Shown: positions 1 through 14,162, counted from the stretch's first letter. The stretch is 64,000 nucleotides of DNA from Octopus vulgaris (GCA_951406725.2 OX597830.1:51832001-51896000); one strand, 5' to 3'. Made by a program: numbers and translations. The notes: generated by a model from the sequence alone, not told the origin.

Positions 1-147
1 GAGGGCACTACTATACATAAATGCCACGCGCTAGGAGGAACTCTTAAAATCAAAACAACCAAAATAAATATACATGTAGTACCGAATACGAGGGAATGCA
101 ACTCTCGAAGCGAGCCTCTTAAAAACAGAATTGAATTGTATATCATA

Positions 148-313
<166 letters not shown>

Positions 314-958
314 AACACAAAATGGAGAGGCACTTGTTAATAACATCATATTATTTATAAAATAGTTGTACAGAAGTTAGTATAAAGGTGCATAAATTAA
401 GCATTAAAACAGGAAAACGGTAATGAGAGAGTTAGCAGTCTTCTTTATAGATGTATATCCTGAAAATTCATACTCCATAAACAAAGATAGATAAAATACG
501 CATAAACAAAAGTGAAGAGGATCCGAGTAGTTATTTATAGTGAATTTTCATGGATATGTAAGTGAGTGTCCGATGAACCGAACCTCACAATAAGGGAGTG
601 AAGAGCACGAGTACTTGTTTAGTGTTGTTTCCAGGGTTTAGCGCTCAGTAAGTGCTGCATCGTACATTATGTCTTCAAATGCGTGAAATAGTTTGGTGTT
701 AGCAGATGTGTATGAAATAAACACAAGTTTAGTTTATATGAACTCTTACCCCATCTTAAGAAGGAAATAAAATTTAGCGAAGGAACATGTATCAGTTATA
801 TATGGGGAGGGGCAATGTGTGTGTGTGTGAGAGAGAGAGCAAGGAAATCTTAGCGCTAAGCAGTGTTTACGCATAGGCAAAATTTAGTTTAGTCAAAATA
901 TGTAACTGAAGTTGAAATATATAACAAACATATTCTAAGTAACCTAAATATTGCGCAT

Positions 959-1123
959 ACATTTTTTTCTCTCTTTGTTTCTTTCTGTGTCCCTTTCTGT
1001 AGGAGAGCGTAGGCTCGAAACGTAAAAGACTTTTTTCTATTCCTGAGCGTTATACTAATACATCTGTTTGTTTTGTACACCACCTGCCTTCGTCTTTTGT
1101 TCTTTTTTTTCGTAAACTCTCCT
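959..1123 (+). mobile_element. Short (TA)n-abutting repeat (family E; PLE pseudo-LTR-like) with hammerhead-like core
   Basis: Near-identical copies at 8637-8812(+), 45372-45558(-) and 55582-55776(-), all ending in (TA)n at the same end. Contains CTTT-CTGTAGGA-GAGC-GTAG-GCTC-GAAAC-GTA-AAAG. Confidence 0.7.
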
Positions 1124-1147
1124 TATATATATATATATATATTAATA

Positions 1148-1278
1148 TAGGATAAATTTTTTTTCGGGAAAAAAATTTTATCAATGGCCAGCATATCAAA
1201 AAATGCCTTTAAAGGTAAAATTTATACATAATTTACAAGATAAGGGCAGAAGAAAAATTCTAATGCCAAATATGCCGA
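1148..1278 (-). ncRNA. Conserved 3'-terminal four-helix RNA motif, copy 1
   Basis: P1 CGGCAUAU/AUAUGCUG, P2 GGCA/UGCC+CUUA, P3 CCUUUAAAGG, terminal P4 GAUAAAAUUUU/AAAAUUUAUC+CUAUA, then (TA)n. Lies ~80 nt downstream of the hammerhead. Confidence 0.6.
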
Positions 1279-1354
1279 AACAAAAAATTGTCGATAACCA
1301 TTATAATTTATGCGTCTCGAAACAAACCGATAGAAATCTCTAAAAAATTCGTTA

Positions 1355-1415
1355 TTACCGTATTGGTCCAATTTCGGGGTTAATTCATAAGAAATGTTCC
1401 CCTCTTCAGCGGCAA
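1355..1415 (-). ncRNA. Type I hammerhead ribozyme (PLE-associated)
   Basis: Minus strand reads UUGCCG-CUGAAGA-GGGG...CCCC-GAAA-UUGGACCAA-UA|CGGUAA. The core is intact, stems I, II and III all pair, and the cleavage triplet is AUA. Confidence 0.8.
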
Positions 1416-1440
1416 ATACGCGAGATATAAATGAAATACT

Positions 1441-1489
<49 letters not shown>

Positions 1490-1818
1490 TATACTTAGCA
1501 AAGGCAAGGGAGAATGGCATATGGTCATATTTTGAGTTCCATTTTCCAATCAATGGAATGATATTTAAAACAAGAAAAGGAGAAAGAAGAAGGGGCGGGG
1601 CGGGCATAGACGAGGGTGGAGATGTTGGTGGGATGTAGCTATAATAACAATATAACGTTACGTCACGCAGATGTCAATAATTAATCCCGAAGAATGTATG
1701 AACCTCGGAGAATTATGAGTAGTGTATGCGTGTGTGTATGTGTGTGTGTCTGCTTCTACATATTTATGCATATATGCATGTATATACACACACACATATA
1801 TATATGCATGTATGTATG

Positions 1819-1862
<44 letters not shown>

Positions 1863-2004
1863 GGAATTTTATATTTTATATTTATATTTAAATATATAAT
1901 GCTATTTACTGAATCTCAGCTTTTTATATGCTAGACCCCTGGTGTTAAAATTGATCTTATCAAATTAATATCCAATTTTTCCTCTCATTTTAATTATTTT
2001 AATA

Positions 2005-2075
<71 letters not shown>

Positions 2076-2082
2076 ATACATA

Positions 2083-2125
<43 letters not shown>

Positions 2126-3640
2126 TTATAACTTGGTGTTAATAAAATCCGGTGTGCGTTGCCTTCCGTTAATTAATAAATGAAAAATGTATTGTAAATA
2201 AACAATGACAGGGAACAAAACGTACAACGTATACTGTGTGTACAACCGGACGGGAAACGGACACACCGGTCGCTTTATCAACCAGATGGTCGACAGCTGA
2301 GTAATACCAGTTGGTTGATAACTGGTGAAGAATTAGGCAAATAAGGAGAGTTGGGACAGCTATGTATAGGAGAGTTGAGCAGTGTATTGTCCCAACTCTC
2401 TCTTTATTAATGCATGGTGAAGAAACATCGTTATATGAAAACAAAGCAAATGTTCTCCAATCAACTTTTAATAAAACACGTTCATACACACACATAATCG
2501 ATATTTTGTTTCAAAATGAACTACGAGTTCAGACACTAATTATTTTGTCTTTTGAATTAGATAATGTCGGGTCTGCTCAATTGCATGATATAAGCAAAAA
2601 TCTTAGATTAAAAGTAGTTTCCATTTAATAAAACTATCAGAAATACAGAGAAAACCAGTGATTCTGAATTTACATTGTATAAAACTAAGTGAATGACTTG
2701 TAAATGCTGTCTTTTGAATCACATTAACAAATGCACCAGTTCACATTGATACGTCGTTCATTTTATGTGCTTCGTCTCATAATCATAAATGGAAAATCAG
2801 AAGGACCACGACGTCGGAACAGCATCTCTGCTGTCGCTCGACCCACAAAACAATAGCATTTAAATCTCTTTCAAATATGCGTCTATATTAAGAGAGATGG
2901 AGCACACAAATTAAAGTAGTCCTAGTTACACTAATAACTGTAATGACTGAAATAATGGCGAGATTATTCACAACTTAAATACTTATAACCATAGTCCAGT
3001 TAGGTGGGTGCTGACCTTGGACTAAACAAGAGGAAAAACAGTATCAATAAATTTCATATATACATATATATATATATGAAAAATATTACATCACCCCTTC
3101 CTTCCTTATTCATCTATCACTCCTTCCCTTGTCATTCATAAACACAAGAGTATTATTATGGTAGATTATCTCGCTAACCGAATGAGTTATGAAAAAATAC
3201 GAAGCCCAGCAACACCACCAGATCATTCTACACATCTGTGTAATATTTTGCGCAATTCCACCCAGCCGTTTGACCGTGAATCCCAAGAAAAGAAAGAATC
3301 GCTCATTTCGGTTGTTTTCGTTACGCCATACGAACAAAAATAATTTGACCTCTTTGAAAGTTGGATAGATCTGTCATTTTAATGAATTCTAATTACATAA
3401 TAAGCAACATTAATGATAAATCAAAAAGCATAAAAATAAATAAGCTCTTGACAGTTTTACAGATATATCAAAATTATGATGCTATGATGCTAGGTGTTCC
3501 CTTCAGTTTTTTCCAACACCCGTATATATATGTATCTATATATATATATACATATGTATATATATCAAATGTGACCTCGTGTGTACCGTTGGCGATTTTT
3601 TTCCTCTGTCTTCCCTTCTCTGGATCTTTCATTCTCCTAT

Positions 3641-3675
3641 GTTACCGACGAAGAGCTCCGCTCGAAACGTTAAAC
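3641..3675 (+). ncRNA. Minimal hammerhead-like relic
   Basis: GUUA-CCGACGAA-GAGC-UCC-GCUC-GAAAC-GUU-AAAC in a ~115-bp insert between microsatellites. The core has U4C and an extra A. Confidence 0.45.
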
Positions 3676-3687
3676 GTTAAACATACA

Positions 3688-3719
<32 letters not shown>

Positions 3720-4495
3720 CATGAAAGTAATGTAGGTCAGTTACCTTTGCTAGAGTTCCCTTGAAATACTTATTGACGGTTTTCTATGTCGCAATAGACT
3801 ACTAAGAATTACCAAACATTCCCATTTGATAATTACTAAATTAAGGAGAATTCTACTGTTGAATCATATTTGTTACAATTTAATGTTGCTTTCTTCTTTG
3901 CGATACAATTTACAAGACGTCAGATATTCGTTCCATTATAACTTTGGTAAAGTATGAAATTAGCAATGGTTTTATATATACTTATATAGATATCTAGCGT
4001 TTTCTAGCTAATAACATGCCTAGAACTCTATTATACTTGCATATGTGTGTGTGTGTGTGTGTGTGTGTGTATAGGTATACCCAATGCTAAATTCATAAAT
4101 ATATATATATAAGTATAAAGGAGCTTGTGAGAAACAGAGATGTATATAAGAACACGTGTAAGTGAATACTCTCACTGACATGTATATATATACGTATGTA
4201 TGTATGTAAATATATATATATACACACATATATGTATATGCATATTTATATATAGTTATACATATAAACATATATATACATGTATAGTTATATATATGTA
4301 TACATGTGTGTACATATTTATATATACATATATATGAATATATATATATACACACACATATATACATATAGTTATATATATATTTGTATGTATATATGTA
4401 TATATATATATACTTATATACATATGCGTATATCTGTATGTACATACATATATATATCTATATACACATATATATATACATATGTATATATATGC

Positions 4496-4592
<97 letters not shown>

Positions 4593-4607
4593 TATGTATA
4601 TATATGC

Positions 4608-4654
<47 letters not shown>

Positions 4655-5255
4655 TACACACACACACACATATATATATATACATACGTAGAAACTGCAA
4701 GCATACACCCACGTACACGGGCACGTTTATATCCATGTGCGTGTCTTCACACCCACTTAATGATATTTATATAGTGCAGTTATGTACGAGAATATAAGTA
4801 TAAAAGATGTATTTCTATATGTAAGTGTGTGTGTGTGTGTGTATGTGCATACAGACGTCTATGCACAATCATTTATGCGTATATGTGTACGTATGTGTCT
4901 TTAGTGTGAGTGTGTGTGTGCGTGAGCATGTGTGTTTTCAAAGCTCATCTGCTCTGAGAACATATAATGGTGGACAGCAAACATTTTCAGTCAAAGTTGT
5001 AAAGCTATAATTCAGTGTAAGACCTAATTTGCACTTATGGATACGCACCACACATTCATACGCGCACGCACACACACACACACACAAAAGCACACATACG
5101 TGCGCAAACATACACACACATACAAACACATTTATGCACACATACATCTTAATACTCACAGTGCATGTATAATTGGGTGTGGAAACGGAATTGTTTCTGT
5201 TTTCTGTTTCAAATTGGTACTTATAAACCCAATATAAATATGCAAGTGTGTATGC

Positions 5256-5297
<42 letters not shown>

Positions 5298-5541
5298 AAT
5301 GATATGTTTAGAAATATGTGTGTATGTACGTGTGTGTGTATATCTATATATAAGCAAATGCATACATACCTTTAGTCATATATCAATGTATCGTTTCATA
5401 CACGTATATATATATATATATATATATATATACGTATATATCGTGTATGTATAAAAATGTATATATATATATATACATCCACACATATACACGTTTGTAT
5501 ACAAACACATACATATGCGTATATATATATAGTGAACGTTA

Positions 5542-5701
<160 letters not shown>

Positions 5702-5964
5702 CTCGAAAAGAGAGGGAGAATGAATATATATTTCATACATATATGTGGGGGGATAAGTGTATGTATTTGTTTATCTATATACTTACATATGTATGTATGT
5801 ATGTATCTCTTTCTCACTAAGTTACAACACAATTTCAACGCTTTTTCCAATTTGTTGCAGTAAATAGTAATATCCCTTCCATTTTGGCTCTCCATGGTGG
5901 TTTTATATTTTTCGCACGCATTTATTTTAATCGGTAAACAAACACATTTTTATGCATATCTAGG

Positions 5965-5997
<33 letters not shown>

Positions 5998-6099
5998 ACA
6001 TGTATGTGTGTGTGTGTATGCGTGTGTGTGTGCTTGTATGCGTGTGTTTATGAATTTGTGTTGCAAGATGCCTCTTGTGAAACTATGTGTTGAAACAGA

Positions 6100-6935
6100 T
6101 ATTGCTGTTGCCACACAGTCACTCCTTATTTCTCGAATGAAGTTCGTCTAATATCATCTGCAAATTGGTCCTCCGAGCCTTCATCTGAACATGATGTTTA
6201 ATCACCGCCCCAATGCTAAGGGTGGACTATCCTCAAGACCTATTTGTTTGGAGTCTGCAAAGACCAACTATCATCCAGAGGGTATTTCTGATGGAAGAAT
6301 GAGTTCAATGACCCGTAGATGATGCCTGTAAAGAGTCCATGTCTTACATGAGTAAAGGGGTGATATCAGAATACCCGCTCAGTACACAGCAACGTTTGTT
6401 CACTTTGTTATTCCATGTTAGGACCTGACACGAGACTCAAGACCTTTGAAAGAATTAGTTGCCTTCTGAATTCTTAAAGATATTTGAGTATTCAATGTGC
6501 AAGAACGCCCAAGGGTTTTGCCCAGTTGGATAAACTTGTCTACTATATCACTTCATTCAAGTAAAATAGCTGGCTTCACTTACTGGTTTCCTGGCTCATG
6601 TAGGATAATTAGAAGAGTCTTATCAATGCTAATGCTGAACCCAAGTGTCTTGCAAGATGCAGATGTGTGATCCATAACAATTTGCATATCATCGCAATCA
6701 TATGCATAAAGGAGATCACGAGTAAGAAACTGAAAATCTTTCCAATTGGCAGTAAATGGACGTAAGTTGAAGAGACGACCAGAAGACCAGTACCTCACAG
6801 AAGGCCAGTACCTCACAGAAGGCCAGTACCTCACAGAAGGCCAGTACCTCACAGAAGGCCAGTACCTCACAGAAGACCAGTACCTCACATATATCCCAGA
6901 ATAGCAATTCACAGCAAAATAACTATTACACACTT
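6100..6935 (-). mobile_element. Decayed RTE(-BovB)-like LINE RT fragment
   Basis: ORF 6580-6933 has GRLFNLR...RDLLYAYDC (LLFADD motif)...GFSISIDKT, typical of RTE RT. Confidence 0.7.
6781..6888. repeat. 18-bp tandem repeat x6 (AGAAGRCCAGTACCTCAC)
   Basis: Six head-to-tail units read directly, with no spacers. Confidence 0.95.
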
Positions 6936-7179
6936 TCTATTTATGCTTTTTCTCATCCTTACTTTACACAACCTCATACTATTATCATTTTTTGTCTTCG
7001 GGGCAGGATGTTGTGCCCTTTGAGCTTAATCTTCATGTGCCACATGTGTTAGATAACCTCATGGCAGGTGTTTACCGAAACTGGTAGCAAAATGGGAGAA
7101 TTCCCAGTCCTGTGAGCCGATGTTTGGTGGTGCTGCTGTTGAGAAATGACTAGATCAAAGGGGGCCATGGGTATAATTT

Positions 7180-8117
7180 TATGCTCGTAACTCGGTTACA
7201 TGCAGGTTACAAAATTTCGGACAAGATGTCAGACAAGATGTTGGTGCTTGTTGTCGATGGACTGGTCGGCGATTTACAGACATGCTCTATCCCTAAAAGA
7301 TCTGTCCACTAGAACATCCACCTCACGCGCTACATCATAGAGTAGGTAAGGAACTTGGCATGGTAAGGCTGATCAATTTGCATCAATAGTAAGCTTTTGA
7401 TATGGAAATATATTTAGGGGGCCATCATGAAGGCAGCCGGTTACTGCTCCATTTTCAGTGGCTGGATTGCTGCAGTGTACAGCAACACCAGCTCGTTGGT
7501 CAAAGTAAATAGCCATCTATTGAAATCATTTAATATCGCGCGTTCGATCCGTCAAGGATACCCACTTTCGTTCCTTGTGCACGTGCTGGATTTTGAGCTA
7601 TTGCTACTGAAGTTGGACGTTTCGAGAAGCATTCTGCTGAAACTAAGATGTGGATTATGCAGACGGCGTCACGGCGATAGTTTGGGACATCTCAAAAATC
7701 GAAGTGATTGGAAATATTCTAAGCGAGTATGAAGCGATGACAGGAGAGAAAATTACCCAAGAGAGATCGGTGAAAAGGCAGATCCGTATCGCCCAGCAGC
7801 GTTGTAGAGCGATGGACGGAAGGACCGGTTAAATTGTTCTGGATCTGGTTTAGTACGGACATCCAGGTGAACAAGAAACAGGGAAGTGGTGACGAGCCGG
7901 GTGGCCAGTGTCACCCAGATATGGGATGAGAGGAAGCTGTCCTCGAAAGGTCGGACGGAAGTAATAAATTTGTACATTGCATTCGTCATTTTCTACTACC
8001 CGGCTGCCGTTCCATATGCTGCTTTGTATAGAAGGGGACCGGTTCTATTAGTCAGACAGTCAATTTGCTGTCACCAGCTGCTGCGTGGCGTACTGCGAAG
8101 ACCATGCCTAAAATGCA

Positions 8118-8120
<3 letters not shown>
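7180..8120 (+). mobile_element. Old Tx1/L1-clade RT fragment (pseudogene)
   Basis: Peptides WIAAVYS, SIRQGYPLS, YADGVT, WDERKLSSKGRTEV and SICCHQ are collinear with ORF2 of the LINE at 35.3-41.5 kb. Confidence 0.85.
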
Positions 8121-8155
<35 letters not shown>

Positions 8156-8430
8156 TCTCATCTCATTTATTCGCTCTCTTCATTTTCCACTACTATAGAT
8201 ATTCTATCCCTACAGGCCACATCCCCTCCTCGTCTAAACAACACGACCAGATATAAAGGGCGAATTCCATCAATGTGTACTTATTTTGGTATGCATCAAC
8301 TGGGGAAGATTTTGCATAAGAAATGAAATTCCATTTTTATTTATTCTGCAATTATCTGGAAAGTACGTATTGAATACATTCAAAATATCATTACTTAGTC
8401 TGAACTCGTTTACACACACACGCATCTATC

Positions 8431-8502
<72 letters not shown>

Positions 8503-8636
8503 ACGAAACCACACTACACATCACATCACAACACACCACCCACACACGCACCTTCCTGTTGGGGGACATGTTTACTTTGTTATCTCCCCTACTTCTTCAC
8601 TCTCTTGTGTGACCCTTCTGTCCGGCAGTCAGTCAC

Positions 8637-8812
8637 CATGATAGATCGTTAGCCACTACACACATTTTTCTCTCCTTGTTTTTTTCTGTGTCCCTTTCTG
8701 TAGGAGAGCGTAGGCTCGAAACGTAAAAGACTTTCTCTATTCCTGAGCGTTATACTAATACATCTGTTTGTTTTGTACACCACCTGTCTTCGTCTTTTTC
8801 GTAAACTCTCCC
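8637..8812 (+). mobile_element. Family E (TA)n-abutting repeat copy
   Basis: Matches 959-1123; followed by (TA)n. Confidence 0.7.
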
Positions 8813-9356
8813 TATATATATATATATATATACACACACAAACATACATACATATTTACATACATAAATATATTAATGTGTCCAACTGATTCAAAAATTA
8901 TATTTATTTATGCAGCTGAGGATATCCCTGCATTTAAAATGATGTAATGATTGCATTATTCAATTGAATGAAGCCGCTTCAAACGGTCGTACTGCATCAC
9001 GTCTTGATATCCTTTCAAGAATTGTAACACCGAAGTAGAATAATAAATGAAATGAGAAAATCTTCTCACAATACAGGAATGAAAGTTGTAAAACATTCTT
9101 ATATTTGAGGCCCAAATGCCAACCTTCAGTAGAATACATTCAAATCAATCAAAGAAATGTGTGTCGAGGAAAATTCTGCCATTTGGATAGTAGGTATTCA
9201 AATGGCAGTCTCTACGTAGACACAAATTTCTTTGAACGTTCTCGTCTGAAGATAGCTCTTTACACGCGAAATAAGTAAGGATTTTTCAACATTCATCTCT
9301 TCAAAGTTTGGAGCCTTCTCCATTTCATATATTGCTACACACACACAAACACACAG

Positions 9357-9486
<130 letters not shown>

Positions 9487-9941
9487 CATAAATATGCTAG
9501 GAACGTAAAACTTCAAGTTGCGATTCGACTTTGAATTAATTTTATAATTTGTTCTTTGCATTTTTGTTTTGTTGAATTTTGGTGTTTTTCTCGTATTTTT
9601 CTCTTGTTTAATTACAATTCACGCAAGTGTGAAACCATATTCTTCTTCTTCTGCCCACCCTCTCTCTCTGTCCTCTCTCTCTTTTGCTTTGTGCCGGTAT
9701 CTGTATGTCTGTGCGCATGCGCATGTGTGTATGTGTGTAATTATTGTTGAACGCAGACACATTAGAGACCGCACCAAAGATTCATGATGAATCGATAGAT
9801 CAAGAATACAATATCAATGTGACCTGTTGTGTCACTTAGAACAATAGATCAGGCATAATTTGTTGTACTCGACTAAGTATAGCATGAAATACACACATAC
9901 ACAAAGAGAAACAACCAGATACACACATGCAAACACATGTA

Positions 9942-9996
<55 letters not shown>

Positions 9997-10447
9997 ATAT
10001 ATATATATATATATGTATGTATATATACGGAGAGGAGGAGAACGAGAGAGAAACGCAAAGATTTCATACAATTTATACAATTTATTTGTTTTAATATTTC
10101 GTTTAAAAAATGTGTACAGAAAATGTAAGACTGTGTGCAAATTTAGAAAAATAAATATATACACATATTTGAAAATATCTGCTATAATTTCTCTTATATT
10201 TATAATAAAAACGAAAAACAAGATGTATTGGGAACAAAACTGTGTAAACGTAAAAATGAAGTAAATATATTGCTGAAAGACAACAAAAAATAATAAATTT
10301 ATGCAATAGAATTGTGAAAACCTGACAGGATTCATAAAATTATATTTCAAAAAACATATTTTGATATACAGTAACTTTGGAGTAGAATACAGCAAACGAT
10401 CTTCCATATAGGGTTGTAAACACACATACACACACACACATATATAT

Positions 10448-10605
10448 GAGTGGCTGTGTGGTAAGTAGCTTGCTAACCAACCACATGGTTCCGGGTTCAG
10501 TCCCACTGCGTGGCATCTTCGGTAAGTGTCTTCTGCTGTAGCTCCGGGCCGACCAATGCCTTGTGAGTGGATTTGGTAGACGGAAACTGAAAGAAGCCTG
10601 TCGTA

Positions 10606-10638
<33 letters not shown>

Positions 10639-10868
10639 GAGTGTGTGTATGTATGTGTGTGCGTTTGTCCCCCTAGCATTGCTTGACCACCGATGCTGCT
10701 GTGTTCACGTCCCCGTCACTTAGCTGTTCGGCAAAAAGAGACCGATAGAATAAGTACTGGGCTTACAAAAGAATAAGTCCCGGGGTCGAGTTGCTCGACT
10801 AAAGGCGGTGCTCCAGCATGGCCGCAGTCAAATGACTGAAACAAGTAAAAGAGTAAAGAGAGAGAGAG
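10448..10868 (+). mobile_element. tRNA-derived SINE family A (octopus OK/OR-type), full length
   Basis: A-box TGGCTGTGTGG, B-box GGTTCAGTCCC, internal (TA)/(TG) tract and GAGTAAAAGAG tail; many copies in the window. Confidence 0.9.
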
Positions 10869-10872
10869 TATA

Positions 10873-10905
<33 letters not shown>

Positions 10906-11150
10906 TGATTGATTGATTGATTGATTTATTGATTGAGTAATTGATTTCAATGTGAAGACGGACGAAATGCTGCCAAGCACAAAAAATTATGTTGACAAAG
11001 GAAATGAATTTTTATAATTCTAATCCAGAAACGCATCCATAATTAAACAAAGACTGTTTGATTTCATCATTTTTCTTCTTTTTACCTATGTGAGTTACAA
11101 ATATTGTTTTCTTTGGAGAGGTATTTTGTAGGAAAAAGGAATAGCAGTCT

Positions 11151-11335
11151 TTTGGCTGCTATTTCTAAATTTTTCGGTATGTGGTGAAGCAACTTCTTGC
11201 TTAACCCTTAATTATTGTTATAATTATATAAAAACTTTTTGTATAAGTTTTTACCGAATATGTTTTTTTTTCCATACCGAAAACTACTTGGTAAATTTGT
11301 TAATTTATTAAATTAATAAAATCTTTACCCTATAT
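11151..11335 (+). ncRNA. Conserved 3'-terminal four-helix RNA motif, copy 3
   Basis: GGCUGCUAUUUCU leader; P1 UUCGGUAUG/CAUACCGAA; P2 GGUGAAGCAA/UUGCUUAACC+CUUA; P4 GGUAAA/UUUACC+CUAUA; short 5' fold-back at 11140-11164. Confidence 0.6.
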
Positions 11336-12294
11336 CTGTAATGATTACATGCGCTGTTTACCTTGATATGAGATCACCATGTTGCGCACATATGGTTGTG
11401 ATGCATGTGCCTGGTGTACCGTTATCACACGGGTAGTCATGATGGGTATACTGGGCTTCGTATATTTTACCCCTGTGTCACTTTCATGGCATGCACTGCT
11501 CTCTCACTCAATAATATATGCAAGAGAATAATAATGATAATATATGCAAGAGAAATATGACAGCCACGCCTTAGCCCCTTTGGGGAGATAGAATTATCAA
11601 GCATGGTTGGCATACAAACATACAAACCGAATGAAAATGTTGGTAATCTTTGACAACTGAGGATAAATAACACTGTCAGTAATCTTTAACGACAATAACC
11701 GAGCAATTGAATAAATACTGTTTATATAAAGGAAGCCGTGATGTTGCTGCCAGGTAAAACGATATTCCGAGAAATAGAAAGTTTAAAACAAATATTAAAT
11801 GAGGCTATATTTATATGTTTGATATCACTTACTCAGATACTGAGATAACGTTTTATATTTTATACATACCTATATGCATATATATATACGTGTGTCCGTC
11901 TGTCTGTCTATCTATCTATCTATTTATCTATCTATCTTTCTGTGTTTGTGTGTGTGTGTTGTGTGTGTGTGAGTGTGTGTGTGTATGAACTAGCACAAAT
12001 TGAACGAGGGGAATAAGGAATTGGCAGTTGAACAACGTGAGAGTTTACAACAAGTATCCAAAATATAATCACACCAAAATAAGAATAAAATTTATGCACA
12101 GTGCGTCGAAAAATAAACTAGAAAAAGGAGAAGAGAAAAGATATAAAGTGAGGTTTCGGGTGAACTCTTAACCAAAATAGAGTATGAAGCAAGGTAAAAG
12201 AAATCAGAAAAAGGAACGATACCTCTTTAAAGCACCTGCGTTTACTTCTTCCATGGGCCGGGGAACACGAGCGACCCAGTGCGTCCCTCTTTTG

Positions 12295-13156
12295 AAGGTG
12301 CGGTGAATAAACTGTCGTCTAAATTACAAAAAAATGAAAATAGCACTGACATCTCATTTTAAAAGATATATTTATCAAATTGCATAAGAATATCTTGAAA
12401 TACTAAAGAATAAATTTATTGAATAAAATCGCCGTTGGCTTCAATCACGGCCTCCAGACGACTTCGGAATCTCTCTGCAATTCTTCTGGACGGTCTCCTT
12501 GTGTAAGTTGGTGAATGCTACCGTAATCCTTATCTTCAAATCATCTTTGGTATCACAAGGAATTTTGTTGATCTCTCGTTCAACTGAAACCCACACATAA
12601 TAGTGAAGGGGGTTGTAAGTCTGGGGTAGTTAAGTGGCCTAATGTTGGCGGAGATGTGGTCGCAGAAGTTGTCTGACAGCCATGAATGGATTCTCCTGCT
12701 TATGTGGCATGGTGTAGAGTCCTGTTGTCAGATGTAGGGTCTTCCAATATCGCCCGCTTCACCAAGGACAGCACAACCTTCTCCAGGTACTTGGTGTGTT
12801 GATTCTGAGGCCTTGTGGGAAGATGAATGGAGGCATAGCATCGCCATCCCTAGTGATCGCTCCAAAGACCATGATGTTGACTGGATGTTTGATTTTTATC
12901 ACTCTCAGTACATGTCTTCAGATTGCACTGTCCTCAAATTTACACCCAAATAGTCTGAAATGTTCACATTGGAGGTTCCGGAGCAAATTCCACGCAGTAT
13001 AGTATGACGTTTCCACAATTTGTGTCATGGTGCTAAATTTCTCACAGACAGTACCCGACTGATCCTACTATATTGTGTAGTTGACAAAATATAAAAAAAA
13101 AACCACGTGCGTGATATTAAAAATATAAAATGGTGCCAGTTTACCCTCACACCCTG
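12295..13156 (-). mobile_element. Internally deleted DD37D (maT)-type Tc1/mariner relic
   Basis: Collinear with the DD37D transposase at 42.6-43.6 kb; degenerate TIR ending ...CACACCCTG|TA. Confidence 0.75.
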
Positions 13157-13285
13157 TATATTGTTATCGGTTTTTACATTTTACACGCTTTTGTTAATGT
13201 AAGCGCACATTGCTTTATTTTTTAATCCTTTGTGGTAAATAAAGACATTAATATTATCATCAATATTACCCTCTATATATACATA

Positions 13286-13516
13286 TTTCTGTACTACCCA
13301 CAAGGGGCTGAACACAGAGAGGACAAACAAGGACAGACAAATGGATTAAGTCGATTACATCGACCCCAGTGCGTAACTGGTACTTAATTTATCGACCCCG
13401 AAAGGATGAAAGGCAAAGTCGACCTCGGCGGAATTTGAATTCAGAACGTAACGGCAGACGAAATACGGCTACGCATTTCGCCCGGCGTGCTCACGTTTCT
13501 GCCAGCTTGCCGTCTT
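13286..13516 (-). mobile_element. tRNA-derived SINE family B (Meta/MESC-like core)
   Basis: Reverse complement of the family B consensus (GGCGAGCTGGCAGAAACG...GCCTTTCATCCTTTCGGGGTCGATAAA); TACCCTCTATA duplicated on both flanks. Confidence 0.9.
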
Positions 13517-13964
13517 AATATATACCCTCTATACATACAATCTTCAGAACAGAGAAGTTAGATCACAACATCATATCTCTGAAGATTTCTTAAAGAATGA
13601 GCCCAAAGACCAAAATATCGAAATACAAGGTAAACGTACAATTAACTTATATTATCTCGTACTGTTTTGTCTTAAAACAAAAATCTACAAACATTTATTA
13701 GTGCTGTAGTTTCTCTTGTTCTTGTTTGAGTTGTATATTCTTTGCTGCAGCCGCATGTGGAGCGAGATGGGGAGTTACCAACCTTTGTAGAACGAATTTA
13801 AGATAAGAGATTGGAAACAGCAATTGAAGGTGAGATGGTTGAAGAATCATTGCATATGCTGAGCATTGATTAAATCCTCATTAGGTATAGTACGGGCACC
13901 AAATGCAAATAAAGAATGAAAGGCCATAAAGCTTGGATGTTAGGTTTCAAGTTATCAATTTCCA

Positions 13965-13980
13965 TTACGTAAACGTTCTA
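13965..13980 (-). CDS. Candidate small gene, exon 4 (terminal: NRTFT*)
   Basis: CTAAT branch point and CCAG acceptor at 13981; in-phase TAA; AATAAA on the minus strand at 13694-13699. Confidence 0.35.
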
Positions 13981-14042
13981 CTGGATATTGAATTAGTAAA
14001 TATGAATATTTATCATGTGTATTTTTGAATGTTGTACTTTAC

Positions 14043-14162
14043 TTTGCAGAAGCGAATTCAACCTGAGATGCTTTCAGCCTCATCATATACTCTGGTTCAA
14101 GTGGATCGAACATGTCGCATGTTAGGTCGGAGAATACCTTTTTGAAGAATCTTGGTAACGAC
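14043..14162 (-). CDS. Candidate small gene, exon 3 (SLPRFFKKVFSDLTCDMFDPLEPEYMMRLKASQVEFASA)
   Basis: CTAAC branch point and TTTAG acceptor; 120-nt open phase-2/2 exon of unique, protein-like sequence; GTAAAG donor. Confidence 0.5.

Noticed and set aside
562-620. CCGATGA...GAAG hammerhead-like relic
   Set aside because: Too degenerate; stems I and III do not pair convincingly.
2244-2400. Two hairpins with GAAAC and CTGGTGAAG, possible type II hammerhead
   Set aside because: Stem II cannot form and the core is mutated.
6781-6888. Possible CRISPR array
   Set aside because: No spacers, eukaryotic context, and the repeat lies within an RTE RT.
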